This document shows, one piece after another, positions 8,781 to 18,800 of a stretch of 58,981 bases of DNA. Numbering within the stretch: position 1 is the first letter of the stretch; each line of letters starts with the position of its first letter. The position numbers and the translations under genes are program-made. The DNA is from a virus (lineage: Duplodnaviria; Caudoviricetes), in IMG/VR virus record IMGVR_UViG_3300035670_000238, positions 1 to 58,981 of that record; one strand, given 5' to 3'. The notes beneath the pieces were generated by a model. That model was not told the DNA's origin. It searched no databases and saw only the letters and a program-made list of their open reading frames with translations.

Positions 8781-11700
8781 GCGGCTCCCCTTTATCGTCT
8801 CTGATATCCCCAGAGACCTTCGTACCTTTCTTGACCGGATCCGAGAGCTGATCACAGGTGCAGGACAAGAGCGACTTGTCACGGCCAAAGAGCTTGCGGA
8901 TTCTGGTATTGCAACGATCGATCAATCCGGCAACCTGACGCCGTCCACCAGCGCGGCCTACTACGCTACGCCACCTGCACCGACCAACGTCACGGCAACG
9001 GCTGCAACACGCAACATCATCGTTGAGTGGGACGCTCCGCTTTACAACGGCCATGCGTACGCTGAGATCTGGCGACACACGTCGGACGTCATCGGTTCGG
9101 CTGTGCGAGTGGGGATGGTGCCGGGGTCGGTATTTACTGACTCGGTAGGGCCGGGTGCTACGCGCTACTACTGGGTGCGGTTTGTCAATGTTGATAGTAC
9201 GCCGGGGGCATACAACGCAGTATCAGGTGTAAGCGCCACGACATCGACTGAGGTGTCGTACCTTCTGTCCACTCTTACCAGCCAGATCACGTCATCACAG
9301 CTTGCATCTTCGCTGAATTCTCGCATTGATCTGATCGATGGACCGTCGACAACGGTCGGTACCATCCCTTACCAGCTATCGACGTTGCAGGGTCAGATCG
9401 ACGATCTGAACGACACGCCTACCTACGACAACGGCACTACATACGCAGCCGACGACATCGTTAAATACGATGGCGGGCTGTACAAAGCTTTGCAGGCTAC
9501 GACCGGCAACCTTCCGACAAATACAACGTACTGGGAGAAGATCGGTGACTATACGTCGTTGGCTGACGCGGTTGCTGCACACTCCACAGACATCGCAACA
9601 CTAACAACAGATTTATCCGCAGAAACATCTGCTCGCACAACGCTGGCGTCTCAGATCCGAGGGTCGTATACCGGCAGTGATTTGGCGCTTGTGACGTCGG
9701 GTTTGATCTACGACGAGAAGGTGGCGCGGTCTCAGATTGCAACGGACCTTGGTACCGAGGTAACGGCGCGTGAAGGCCTTGCAGCTCAGATCCGGGGGAG
9801 TTACACCGGTAGTGATCTCGCGGCGGTCACGTCAGGCCTGATTTACTCCGAACGTGAGGCTCGGGTCACAGCAGTTACGGCCGTAGCTAGCTCGGTTACT
9901 ACGCTTGACGCGCAGGTCAACGACGTCACAACAGGCCTTCCAGCGACTCGTTCGTTGCTTCTGACGGACTACTATACCGGTGCTACAGTCGACTCATCGA
10001 TCACGTCGGCAAAGACCTCGCTCAAAGCCTATGCTGATATCCAGTCCAAGGTATTCCGACAAGCAGCGGCTCCGACAAAGCGTGGTGTAGACCCTGACAC
10101 CGCAGCAGACCTGCCGCTCAAGGCAGGCGACATCTGGATTGATTCGGATGATGCGAACAAGAACTATGCATGGAGCGGGTCGGCATGGGTCGCGACGACG
10201 GATACCGCCGCTTTCGATGCGTGGATCTTGGCTACGTACACCCCGGGTGTCACGTCATTGCAGACTCAGGTCGATGCCAAGGCCGAGACGTGGTTCCAGA
10301 CCTCAGACCCCAGCACTGCGTGGACAGATCAGCCCACCCGTGACAAACACAACGGCGACCTTTGGTATGACACGGATGCAGCTACCAAAAAGCTGAAGCG
10401 ATACCGGGCCTCAGACAACACATGGGTCGATATCGACGATCAGACGGCGATTGATGCGGCAGCGGCAGCAGCCACAGCTCAGTCCACTGCGGATGGCAAG
10501 ATCACGACGTTTGCCCAGAATGACGCTCCCACGGCCGAGGGTGAAGGCGATCTGTGGATTGATACGAACGACAGCAACAAACCGTATCGTTGGAATGGTT
10601 CCGCATGGGTAGAGGTGCGGGACGGCACGATTGCGACGGTAGATGCCCGAGTCACGACGGTTGAGCAGACCAAGATCGGCTACGCCACCCGTAACTCGAC
10701 GGGGTTTGCTTTCGACAACAGTGGAGCGATCCGATACAAGACCGACGTTGATGCGTGGAATGCTCTGTACCCTCTTGACCAATTGACGTGGAACGTCGGG
10801 CTTCCGCTCGCTACAGCGGTCAAACAGGTCTCGGTCACCGACGGACAAGGCAACACGGCTGCGATTGAGCAGGCCTTCACAACCCAGAAGACGGTCAATG
10901 ATGGCCTGTACGCGCAATACTCGGTCAAGATTGATAACAACGGCTACGTATCAGGATTTGGGTTGTCGTCGACACTTGTCAACGCAACGCCGTTTAGCCA
11001 GTTCGCAATACGCGCGGATCGTTTTAGTATCACCAACCCTTCTGTCAGTCGCGTTCAGCTAACATCTGCTGGCACGATTGGTAGTAATACCAGTACGTAT
11101 TGGTATTCATCAGGCCCCCATAATTTTATTGTTGGGGACATCATAGAAATAACTGGCGCTGATGTTCCACAAGCGTTGACTGTCAATTATGTAGATGGTT
11201 ATCAGTTTAGGACACAGTACACGGGCACCGTTGCCTTTACACTAACTAATGTTTACGCCGCAAAGATATCTATACCCTTTATTGTTGACAGCGGCGTTGT
11301 TTACATCGACTCAGCGTTTATAAAAAACGCTTCGATTACAAACGCGAAGATAGAAAACCTAGCTGTTGATGCAGCCAAGATTGCTAACGCCACCATCACA
11401 GGTGGCAAGATTGCGAATGCAACGATCACAGCTTCTAATATCGCAAATGCTACGATTACCGGTAGCAAGATTGCCAACTCTACAATTACCGGTTCGCTTC
11501 TTGTCAACGCAACTATTACAGACGTGCAGATTGCTACGGCTGCAATTACCTCCGCTAAGATCGGAGACCTTCAGGTCGACACGATCAAGATAGCCAACAA
11601 CGCTGTTACTACAACAGCTAGCGCGTTTACCGCTGGAGCTGTTCAGCACCCCGACACCGCGTGGCTTTGGTTGCAGCAAGTTACCATTACTACGACTGGC

Positions 11701-11982
11701 GCTCGGGTGTATGTTTCGTTCACAGCCTATCCGTTCGGTAGCGCCGAGGTATTAGACGGTAGTGTTTATTTTGTGTATCCCATTTATCGGTTGCAACGCG
11801 GTTCTACAGTTGTATTAGAGACGGGTACTAATGCTTCTGGTTCATATTCTGAAGTTTTAGCGGCTGGTACATATACGTTTTATTTATATGGTAGTCGCAC
11901 TACGTACGGCGGCGTACTCCCTATAGATCGCATACCTACGTCTAGTTATAGGTCTATGTTTGCAATTGAGACTAAAAAATGA
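8773..11982 (+). CDS. Host-specificity/tail fibre protein (J-like C-terminal domain)
   Basis: FN3-like N-terminus, CBM-like Y..DDIVKYDG.LYKAL segment, GDLWIDT repeats, YSVKID.NGYVSGFGL...FAIRADRF, and ITxAKIANAT repeats. Confidence 0.85.
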   Translation: MSKRLPFIVSDIPRDLRTFLDRIRELITGAGQERLVTAKELADSGIATIDQSGNLTPSTSAAYYATPPAPTNVTATAATRNIIVEWDAPLYNGHAYAEIWRHTSDVIGSAVRVGMVPGSVFTDSVGPGATRYYWVRFVNVDSTPGAYNAVSGVSATTSTEVSYLLSTLTSQITSSQLASSLNSRIDLIDGPSTTVGTIPYQLSTLQGQIDDLNDTPTYDNGTTYAADDIVKYDGGLYKALQATTGNLPTNTTYWEKIGDYTSLADAVAAHSTDIATLTTDLSAETSARTTLASQIRGSYTGSDLALVTSGLIYDEKVARSQIATDLGTEVTAREGLAAQIRGSYTGSDLAAVTSGLIYSEREARVTAVTAVASSVTTLDAQVNDVTTGLPATRSLLLTDYYTGATVDSSITSAKTSLKAYADIQSKVFRQAAAPTKRGVDPDTAADLPLKAGDIWIDSDDANKNYAWSGSAWVATTDTAAFDAWILATYTPGVTSLQTQVDAKAETWFQTSDPSTAWTDQPTRDKHNGDLWYDTDAATKKLKRYRASDNTWVDIDDQTAIDAAAAAATAQSTADGKITTFAQNDAPTAEGEGDLWIDTNDSNKPYRWNGSAWVEVRDGTIATVDARVTTVEQTKIGYATRNSTGFAFDNSGAIRYKTDVDAWNALYPLDQLTWNVGLPLATAVKQVSVTDGQGNTAAIEQAFTTQKTVNDGLYAQYSVKIDNNGYVSGFGLSSTLVNATPFSQFAIRADRFSITNPSVSRVQLTSAGTIGSNTSTYWYSSGPHNFIVGDIIEITGADVPQALTVNYVDGYQFRTQYTGTVAFTLTNVYAAKISIPFIVDSGVVYIDSAFIKNASITNAKIENLAVDAAKIANATITGGKIANATITASNIANATITGSKIANSTITGSLLVNATITDVQIATAAITSAKIGDLQVDTIKIANNAVTTTASAFTAGAVQHPDTAWLWLQQVTITTTGARVYVSFTAYPFGSAEVLDGSVYFVYPIYRLQRGSTVVLETGTNASGSYSEVLAAGTYTFYLYGSRTTYGGVLPIDRIPTSSYRSMFAIETKK

Positions 11983-12413
11983 AGTACGTTATTTATCGTC
12001 CGTCGGGAGAAATATCTCGCGTTGTAGAGTGCGATGACCCTGACGAACAACTAGGTGATGGCGAGCGGTGGATACGTGGTAACGCTGATGACGTTACGCA
12101 GTGGGTAAAAAATGGTCAGCTTGAGCACCGAGGCCCGCCGCCTAGTTCGTTTCATGTATTTGACCACCGTACCGAGCAATGGGTCGACCCTCGTTCTAAG
12201 TCCGATATCGACAAACATGCCGCAATGACTGTAAGAGTGGAACGAGATAAGCGGTTGCTTGCCTCAGATTGGACCGATACCTCCACTGCGCCAACACGTT
12301 TAGGTGAGCAATTGTATTCTGCGTGGCAATCCTATCGACAATCACTGCGGGATATCCCTAAACAGGCTACTTTCCCACACAACGTCAATTGGCCAACACC
12401 TCCGCAATTATGA
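11979..12413 (+). CDS. Tail fibre assembly chaperone (XkdW/Tfa-like)
   Basis: R.ERD..L..SDWT...W..YRQ.LRDIP.Q..FP..V.WP..P. Confidence 0.88.
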   Translation: MKYVIYRPSGEISRVVECDDPDEQLGDGERWIRGNADDVTQWVKNGQLEHRGPPPSSFHVFDHRTEQWVDPRSKSDIDKHAAMTVRVERDKRLLASDWTDTSTAPTRLGEQLYSAWQSYRQSLRDIPKQATFPHNVNWPTPPQL

Positions 12414-12703
12414 CGACCTCAACCACACCCAAACGAAAGCCCCGTCGCACCGTTGTCTCTCGGATCGTTCTGACCGAAGCCGAGATTCAGGCCATGGTTG
12501 ACCAAGCTGCCAAGCGGGCGCTTGAGTCCGTAGGGCTTCATGATGAGACGGCAGGTAAGGACGTGCAGGATCTTCGCTCTCTGATCGATGCATGGCGAGG
12601 GATGAAGAAGACGGCGATGCGCACTGTCGTGCAGTTTGTGACGGTCACCTTGCTGGGTGTCCTCGCCATCGGCGCGTCAGTGAAGTTCTGGCGTAATGAA
12701 TAA
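12410..12703 (+). CDS. Small membrane protein (DUF6127-like)
   Basis: AL..VGLHDE.AGKDV.DLRSLIDAWR plus a C-terminal TM helix. Confidence 0.7.
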   Translation: MTTSTTPKRKPRRTVVSRIVLTEAEIQAMVDQAAKRALESVGLHDETAGKDVQDLRSLIDAWRGMKKTAMRTVVQFVTVTLLGVLAIGASVKFWRNE

Positions 12704-12725
12704 GCCTGCGTCATAATACGGCTCT

Positions 12726-13142
12726 ATGACTCAGCTTGTCTTCCATGATAAGGCTCGCGTCGCAGCGTGGGTCGCGGAAAGAGTGGGTCAGGGTGCTGAT
12801 TGGGGTTCCTACTACGCCATGGGCGTTGAGCGAGACGGTCAGATGATTGCCGGTGTTGTGATCAACAATTTCAACGGGGCTAACGCCACGGCACACATCG
12901 CGATCGACCGATTCACCAAAGCTATCGTTCCGCTCTTCCAAGCTATCTGCGACTACGCTTTCAACCAGTGCAAGCTCAAGCGCTTGACTGGCATGGTCCC
13001 GTCCAACGAACCCCGCACGATCGCCTTCGACAAGCATATTGGCTTTGAAGACGAGTTCATCATGAAAGACGGCGCACCCGGCGCTGATATGCACGTTCTT
13101 GTAATGTGGCCCGACAAATGTCGCTGGCTGCGTAAGGAGTAA
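12726..13142 (+). CDS. GNAT-fold acetyltransferase-like protein preceding the ejection proteins
   Basis: YAF.Q....RLTG.V...N.......GF..E pattern; typical position in podoviruses. Confidence 0.8.
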   Translation: MTQLVFHDKARVAAWVAERVGQGADWGSYYAMGVERDGQMIAGVVINNFNGANATAHIAIDRFTKAIVPLFQAICDYAFNQCKLKRLTGMVPSNEPRTIAFDKHIGFEDEFIMKDGAPGADMHVLVMWPDKCRWLRKE

Positions 13143-13144
13143 TC

Positions 13145-14188
13145 ATGGGTGGAAAATCCGCACCGCCGCCAGACTATAGCCCGCTGGCCAGCGCTAGCAA
13201 AGAAGCCGCCGAGACGATGGCAGGCCTTGGTCGCGAGCAACTTGCGTTTGCTCGTCAGCAGTACGGTGAGCTTTCGCCTATCGCACGTGAGATCGCGCAG
13301 TCACAGATTGCTGCTCAGCGACAACAGATGGCGCAGGCCCAAGACTACTACGACTACGCTCGAACTACGTTCAGGCCTGTCGAGCAGGGGTTGGTTCGAC
13401 AAGCCATGGAATTCAACACTGACGCATACCGAGAACAACTGGCGCAAGAGGCTGCGGCCGCAGCCGGTCGTGCGTTCGGTACGACGCAGGCCGCCTCAGA
13501 GCGCGCGATGCGCTCGATGGGTGTCAATCCCAACTCAGGTGCAGGTCTCGCATTGCAGTCTCAGGCCAACCTTGGGTTGGCTGCGCAACGCGCAGGGGCT
13601 ATGACCGGTGCTCGCAGACAAGCCGAGCAGCTAGGCTGGGCTCGGCAGATGGATGTCACGGGTCTCGGTCGTGGCCTCCCCGGTGCGTCGCTCGCCGCGT
13701 ACGGCGGTGCTACAGGTGCAGGTTCGGCAGGCCTTGCGTCGTCGATGGCTCCGGCCAATCAGTTTGGTGCGCTGTACGGACAAGGTGTTGGGTCGATCCA
13801 GAGCGGTCTCGGTATGCAGATCCAAGGGCTTGGCTCGGTACTTAATGCACAGACCAGCTACGCCAATGCAATGAACTCTCAGGCCGATCCATTCGCCAGC
13901 ATTGTTGGTATGGGTCTGGGCGCGTACGCAGGTGGGTTTGGTGGTGCGGCAGGAAGAGCTGCTGGCTCCGACCGACGGCTGAAGACCAACATCACGCAAG
14001 TCGGTGTCGATGTACGCACCAGCCTCCCGCTTTACGAGTTCGAATACAAGTCTGAGCCCGGCAAGCGCTTCCGTGGTGTCATGGCCGATGAGGTCTTGCA
14101 GAAGTACCCGCACGCAGTGCATAAGACAACCGACGGCATCATGTACGTCGACTACGGTGCTCTTGGCATCGCGATGACGAGGGTCTGA
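13145..14188 (+). CDS. DNA ejection (internal virion) protein with C-terminal peptidase S74/intramolecular chaperone domain
   Basis: MGGKSAPPPDY start; Ala/Gln/Gly-rich body; SDRRLKTNI...LYEFEYK...GVMADEV...YVDY. Confidence 0.85.
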   Translation: MGGKSAPPPDYSPLASASKEAAETMAGLGREQLAFARQQYGELSPIAREIAQSQIAAQRQQMAQAQDYYDYARTTFRPVEQGLVRQAMEFNTDAYREQLAQEAAAAAGRAFGTTQAASERAMRSMGVNPNSGAGLALQSQANLGLAAQRAGAMTGARRQAEQLGWARQMDVTGLGRGLPGASLAAYGGATGAGSAGLASSMAPANQFGALYGQGVGSIQSGLGMQIQGLGSVLNAQTSYANAMNSQADPFASIVGMGLGAYAGGFGGAAGRAAGSDRRLKTNITQVGVDVRTSLPLYEFEYKSEPGKRFRGVMADEVLQKYPHAVHKTTDGIMYVDYGALGIAMTRV

Positions 14189-14190
14189 TC

Positions 14191-15882
14191 ATGGCTAATT
14201 TCTTCAAAGGCCTCGCCGGTGGCTTTCAGACCGGTCTGCAATTCAGTGACGCCATGCGCCGCCGTCAGGAGTATGAGGAGCAGCAGGCTGAACGCGAGCA
14301 ACTACGCGGCATTTTTACTGGGCAGCCTACGGTAACGCCCGGTACTGCGGCGACGCCTGAGCAAATTCGTAGCGCAGGTCTTGAGACTGGCCGCATGCAA
14401 ATGCAGGACATCGCCGACTTCGGTTTGTCGGCGCAAGAGGCTGCACGCTACGCACCGCAGATGCCCTCAGAGGCGGCAACGACCACGCCGACGATGTACA
14501 GCTATGGTGGGCTGACTCGCCAGACGCCGTTTACTCCGGCTGAACTTGATCGCTCGCGGATGGAACAGGCTGCTCGTGTTATCGCAGTGCGAGATCCAGT
14601 GCGGGCTGCTCAGCTCATGCAAGGGATACGGCGCGAGGATATTGTAGCGGCTCAAGAAGAGCGTGCTGCACGGTTGTTCCCGGGGCAGTTGCAGGCTCAA
14701 GAGCAGGCGTTGAAAACCGGTGCGCTTGGGTTAGCGGCAGCACTACGTACGGATGCAAAGAATCGTGCCTTCGACACTGGATGGGCCGAACTTAACCAGC
14801 AGACGTTTGAGACGCCAGAAGCACGTGCGAATGCGTTTGTAGACCTTGTGGCGCGCACCCAAGGTCCTGTAGCTGCGGAGAATTTGCGGGCGTCGATGAC
14901 TACGAATCAGATCAATGACCTTACTCTTCAAACCTCAAGACTCACGCAAGGGTTCAATGAGGCGTTCCGTAAAGGTCCTGATGCCGTGATGAAGTGGGTT
15001 GATGAGCAAAACCCTGACTTCACTCTCAAGCGCGACGGCAACAACCTGACCATTACCTATGCCGATGGGCGTTCGGAAGTTGAAAGTTTCGAGTCGCCAG
15101 CTAAGCTGATGTCGTACTTTGCAGCACAAGCGTCGCCTACAAATTTTATAACTTACGAGAACAACCGACTGAAACGCGAGAACGAAGCTGAACGTAACAG
15201 AGTTTTACGTGAAGCATACGGCGCAAAAACACCGTCTGCGCGTATTTCCGACGCAGAAGCCGCGCTTGGTCGACCACTAACTCCACAAGAAAGATCTACT
15301 CTTTTGGGGCTTACTCCCAAGGCTGCTGTACGTGACCTAACGGTTCCGCAGCAAAGGGCGTATGAAGAAGCCATCAAGAGTGACCAATGGAAAATGGCGC
15401 GAAGTGATGCTGAGCGTATCCAGATTCTTCGAAATTATCGTGTGCCGCCTGAGCTTGTTGGTTTTGAGGGTATGCCGTCACCCAGAGTGGGTGGAGCACC
15501 CGGTTCAGAAACACCGTCGCCTGCTACACCACAACCGGGGCTCACCCGTCCTAGCGGTACGCAGAATTTGCAATCGATGGTTGCCGGTCCTGAGCGCATG
15601 CCTCAAGCTGAAAGGTTACGTCGCATTCAAGAAGAAGCTGACATGCGGGGGCTGGCCCGAGATGAAGAGCGAGCTATTAGGCGAGCACAGGTTGATGAAA
15701 GGCGAGCAGAGGTTGAGAAACTTGGACTTACCGCAGCAGAGGTTCCTACACGGGTATCTCCTGAGCGTGCTCGCATCTTGCGCAACTCCGCGTACTTCGA
15801 GTTATTTCCGCGAGATGTTCAGCAAGCGCTTACTGAGCAATCAGGTATGACTCAGCGTAGTTGGGAAAACCGGTCTCGCTAA
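14191..15882 (+). CDS. Putative ejection/internal virion protein
   Basis: 563 aa; N-terminal FFKGLAGGFQTG amphipathic segment; lies between ejection genes. Confidence 0.7.
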   Translation: MANFFKGLAGGFQTGLQFSDAMRRRQEYEEQQAEREQLRGIFTGQPTVTPGTAATPEQIRSAGLETGRMQMQDIADFGLSAQEAARYAPQMPSEAATTTPTMYSYGGLTRQTPFTPAELDRSRMEQAARVIAVRDPVRAAQLMQGIRREDIVAAQEERAARLFPGQLQAQEQALKTGALGLAAALRTDAKNRAFDTGWAELNQQTFETPEARANAFVDLVARTQGPVAAENLRASMTTNQINDLTLQTSRLTQGFNEAFRKGPDAVMKWVDEQNPDFTLKRDGNNLTITYADGRSEVESFESPAKLMSYFAAQASPTNFITYENNRLKRENEAERNRVLREAYGAKTPSARISDAEAALGRPLTPQERSTLLGLTPKAAVRDLTVPQQRAYEEAIKSDQWKMARSDAERIQILRNYRVPPELVGFEGMPSPRVGGAPGSETPSPATPQPGLTRPSGTQNLQSMVAGPERMPQAERLRRIQEEADMRGLARDEERAIRRAQVDERRAEVEKLGLTAAEVPTRVSPERARILRNSAYFELFPRDVQQALTEQSGMTQRSWENRSR

Positions 15883-15891
15883 GGAACCACC

Positions 15892-18800
15892 ATGGCTGTC
15901 TACTCCATTGACGATGTTCGGCAACAGATGCCGGAGGAATTCCGGTCGTTGGGTGATATCGAGTTGTTGCAGGCGTACAGCCGAAACGTTGGTCTCCCGT
16001 TCGAGCAAGTCGCCGATTACTTTGGCACACGTCCTCGGGGTACCGCAGCCGAAGCAGGGCGGCAGTTCGTTGGTGGGTTGGTATCAGGTGTGCCGCGTAT
16101 GGCGGGCATGGCCGCGCAGGCCTTCAGTGAGCCCGGTCGACCGCTGTATGAGTTGGGTGCGCAGGCTCGTGAGTTCGGTGAGCGTCAGGGCCTTCGTTAC
16201 GAACCCGATTTGCGGGGTCGTGGGTTGTTGGGTGAGGCGGTTGTAGAAGGCGCACGTGGGCTTGGTGAGGCAGCACCGGTCATCGGGTCTGCGTTCATCC
16301 CCGGTGTCGGGCTCTACGCGGCTCCTACGGCCGCTGCGGCGCTGTTCGGTGGATCTTCGTACCAAGAGGCTTATGAACGTGTCCTGCGGGACACTGGCGA
16401 CCCCGAGGCGGCCCGGGCTGCCGCTACGCAAGTCGGCGCAATTCAGGGTGTGGGCGAGGCGGCTGCTACGGTTGCGACAGTGGGTCTTGGTCGTGCGGTA
16501 CGCCCGCTGTTACCCGGTGCTCGGACAACTACAGAAGTTGCGGAGCAGATGACCCGGCCGGGTGTTGCTGCACCCTTCGCACGTGCTTACGCGACCAACC
16601 TCGCTGTACAGCCTGCAACTGAGGTCATCCAAGACATCTCGTCAGAGTACGTCCAGCGGCAGTATGGCGCTGCACCCGAGGATATGGGTGGGATCGCTCG
16701 TGAGAGTGCGATCGGCGGCTTCGGTATGGCCCTGTTGCTGGGTCCTGTCCAGTTTGGCAATGCGTACCAGCGAGCACAACGTGCTGACTCTCTGCGCCAA
16801 GCCCTTGACCCAGCCTCGACTGAGCCGCTTCAGAAGAAGATGCAGGCGTTTGAGCTTGTACGTGCTGAGGCCCAGCGAGCAGGTGTGCCTGAAGCCGACG
16901 CCCGTCAGTGGTTCGACACTCAGATTGCGCGTGAGGGCGACCTCATCTCGAAGCAAGTGCGTCTCGAAGAAGCTGCTCAGCGCCTGCAATCATGGCAGGA
17001 TGCTGTTGCTCAGGGCGATACGCGCACGGCTCAGTCGCTTCAGGACGAGCTGAAGACGGCGCAGTGGCTTGCTCCTGATGAGCAAGAGCGAGTGCAGAAG
17101 GATTTTCTCACTGCATACAACCAACCGAGCGGTATCTCGGTCACGGCTACGGCCCCCGATGGCACACCCAGCAGTCGCGAACTCACGATGGGTGAGCTTC
17201 TGACGCGACGTCAGGAGCAAGAGGCGGGTGGTATCGACCTCATGGGCATGACAGGCCCTGCAACCGGTGCTACGCAGCAAGCTGCTGTGTTGTTGGGTGA
17301 ACTCACGCAAACCCAAGCACCTGCTACCACTGCGCCCACTACGCCGCGTACTGCAACGGGTATCGACCTGACTGGGCGTGGCACGCCCATGCTTCTACGG
17401 CCTGAGAGTGTCACGACGGCTGCGCCCGGTGTGTACAACGTGCCGGGTGCCCCGGGGGTTATGACTACTGAGTTGCCTGCACCGCTTCAGCCGGGTACCA
17501 CTGCTGCGCCCACCGTAGGGCTTGAGGCGGGACGCACTGCACGTCGTGCGCTCCCGGGTAACATCACTGAGGTATCTCCGGGTGTGTTTCAGGTGCCCGA
17601 GACCCCGCAACAAATTGAGACTGGGGCGAACGTGCCTCCGGTCAATCTGGTGTCTCCTGTGAGTGGTCCTTCCGGCGTTACTCCTTCCGCCGGTTCTCCC
17701 GCCGCTGTTCCCCCAGCGGCGGGAGTTTCTTCTACTGCACCCACACCTTCTGCACCGCCTGTCGCGCCTGTTGTAGAGACCAAAGGCAAGAAGGCTAAGA
17801 AAGCCAAGGTGGTACCCGCCGAGACCCCAGCGGAAGGCGGTCCTGCCAATGTCTCCGACGCGATCAAGGAAGACGCTGAGATCGAAAACCTGCGCAAACA
17901 GATCGAGCAGGAGGACATCAAGGCTGACAAGCTGTTCGCTGAGGTTCAGGGTGCGACCCGTAAAGCACCCGGTCGCCCGTCTTTGCCGACGCAGGTCTAT
18001 GCTGCGATCCGTAACGCGATTCTGAACCCCAAAGCTGCGGTTCTTGTTCGCAAGCCCAAGTCCGTCGAGCGTGACGATGCACTGACTCAGCAGTACGGTG
18101 AGAAGGTCAAAGAAATCGCTGAGGCGATGCGTGCGCTGGGTGATGCATATGAGGCGTATTCCAGTCAGAACTTGGTGCGGTCTGACGAGATCATCAAGCG
18201 TGGTGAAACTGCTGAAGGTCGCATCGCTACACGTGCTGAGGCCCTGCAAACCAATGCTGCGGCTGTTCAAGCTGCACTTGCTCGTGTCGGCCGCGCTGTA
18301 GACGGCAATGCCAAAGATGTAGAGACGATCGTTCGCTTTGTAAAAGATCGGGCGCAGAAAGAGCGTAGTAATGCCCGCGCGGAAGAGGCTGACATCCTAA
18401 TCTCTCGTGCGTGGGCGGCGGCCAAGCGTGAGTCGTTCATTGGTGAGCCTGATCTGCTTGATGTCAGCCCTGCTGAAGTGCGGCAGTCCCGCGAAGCTAC
18501 AGCCAAGGGTGCAACGCCACAGCTAGTGGATGCAGTCAACGAAGGCTACGCAACGATGGGTCGCGGAGCCAAGCAGACAGGACTCAACGGTCTTCTGAAC
18601 TATATCCGTACGTCAGGTACACCGTTTGAACGGACGTTGGCGCAAGCCATCAAGCTGGCTGTTGCGGGTAAGCGTGAGGTAAAGGTCGAGTTCACTGCGG
18701 ATGGCAACCCGCGCTATGACCCGAAGACCAACACCATCTTCATCGAACCGACCAGTAGCCGAGAGGTAGCCCTGCACGAAGCCTTGCACGGTGCTCTGCA

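Noticed and set aside
860-12413. Diversity-generating retroelement acting on the fibres
   Set aside because: No reverse transcriptase and no TR/VR pair with adenine-specific differences was seen.
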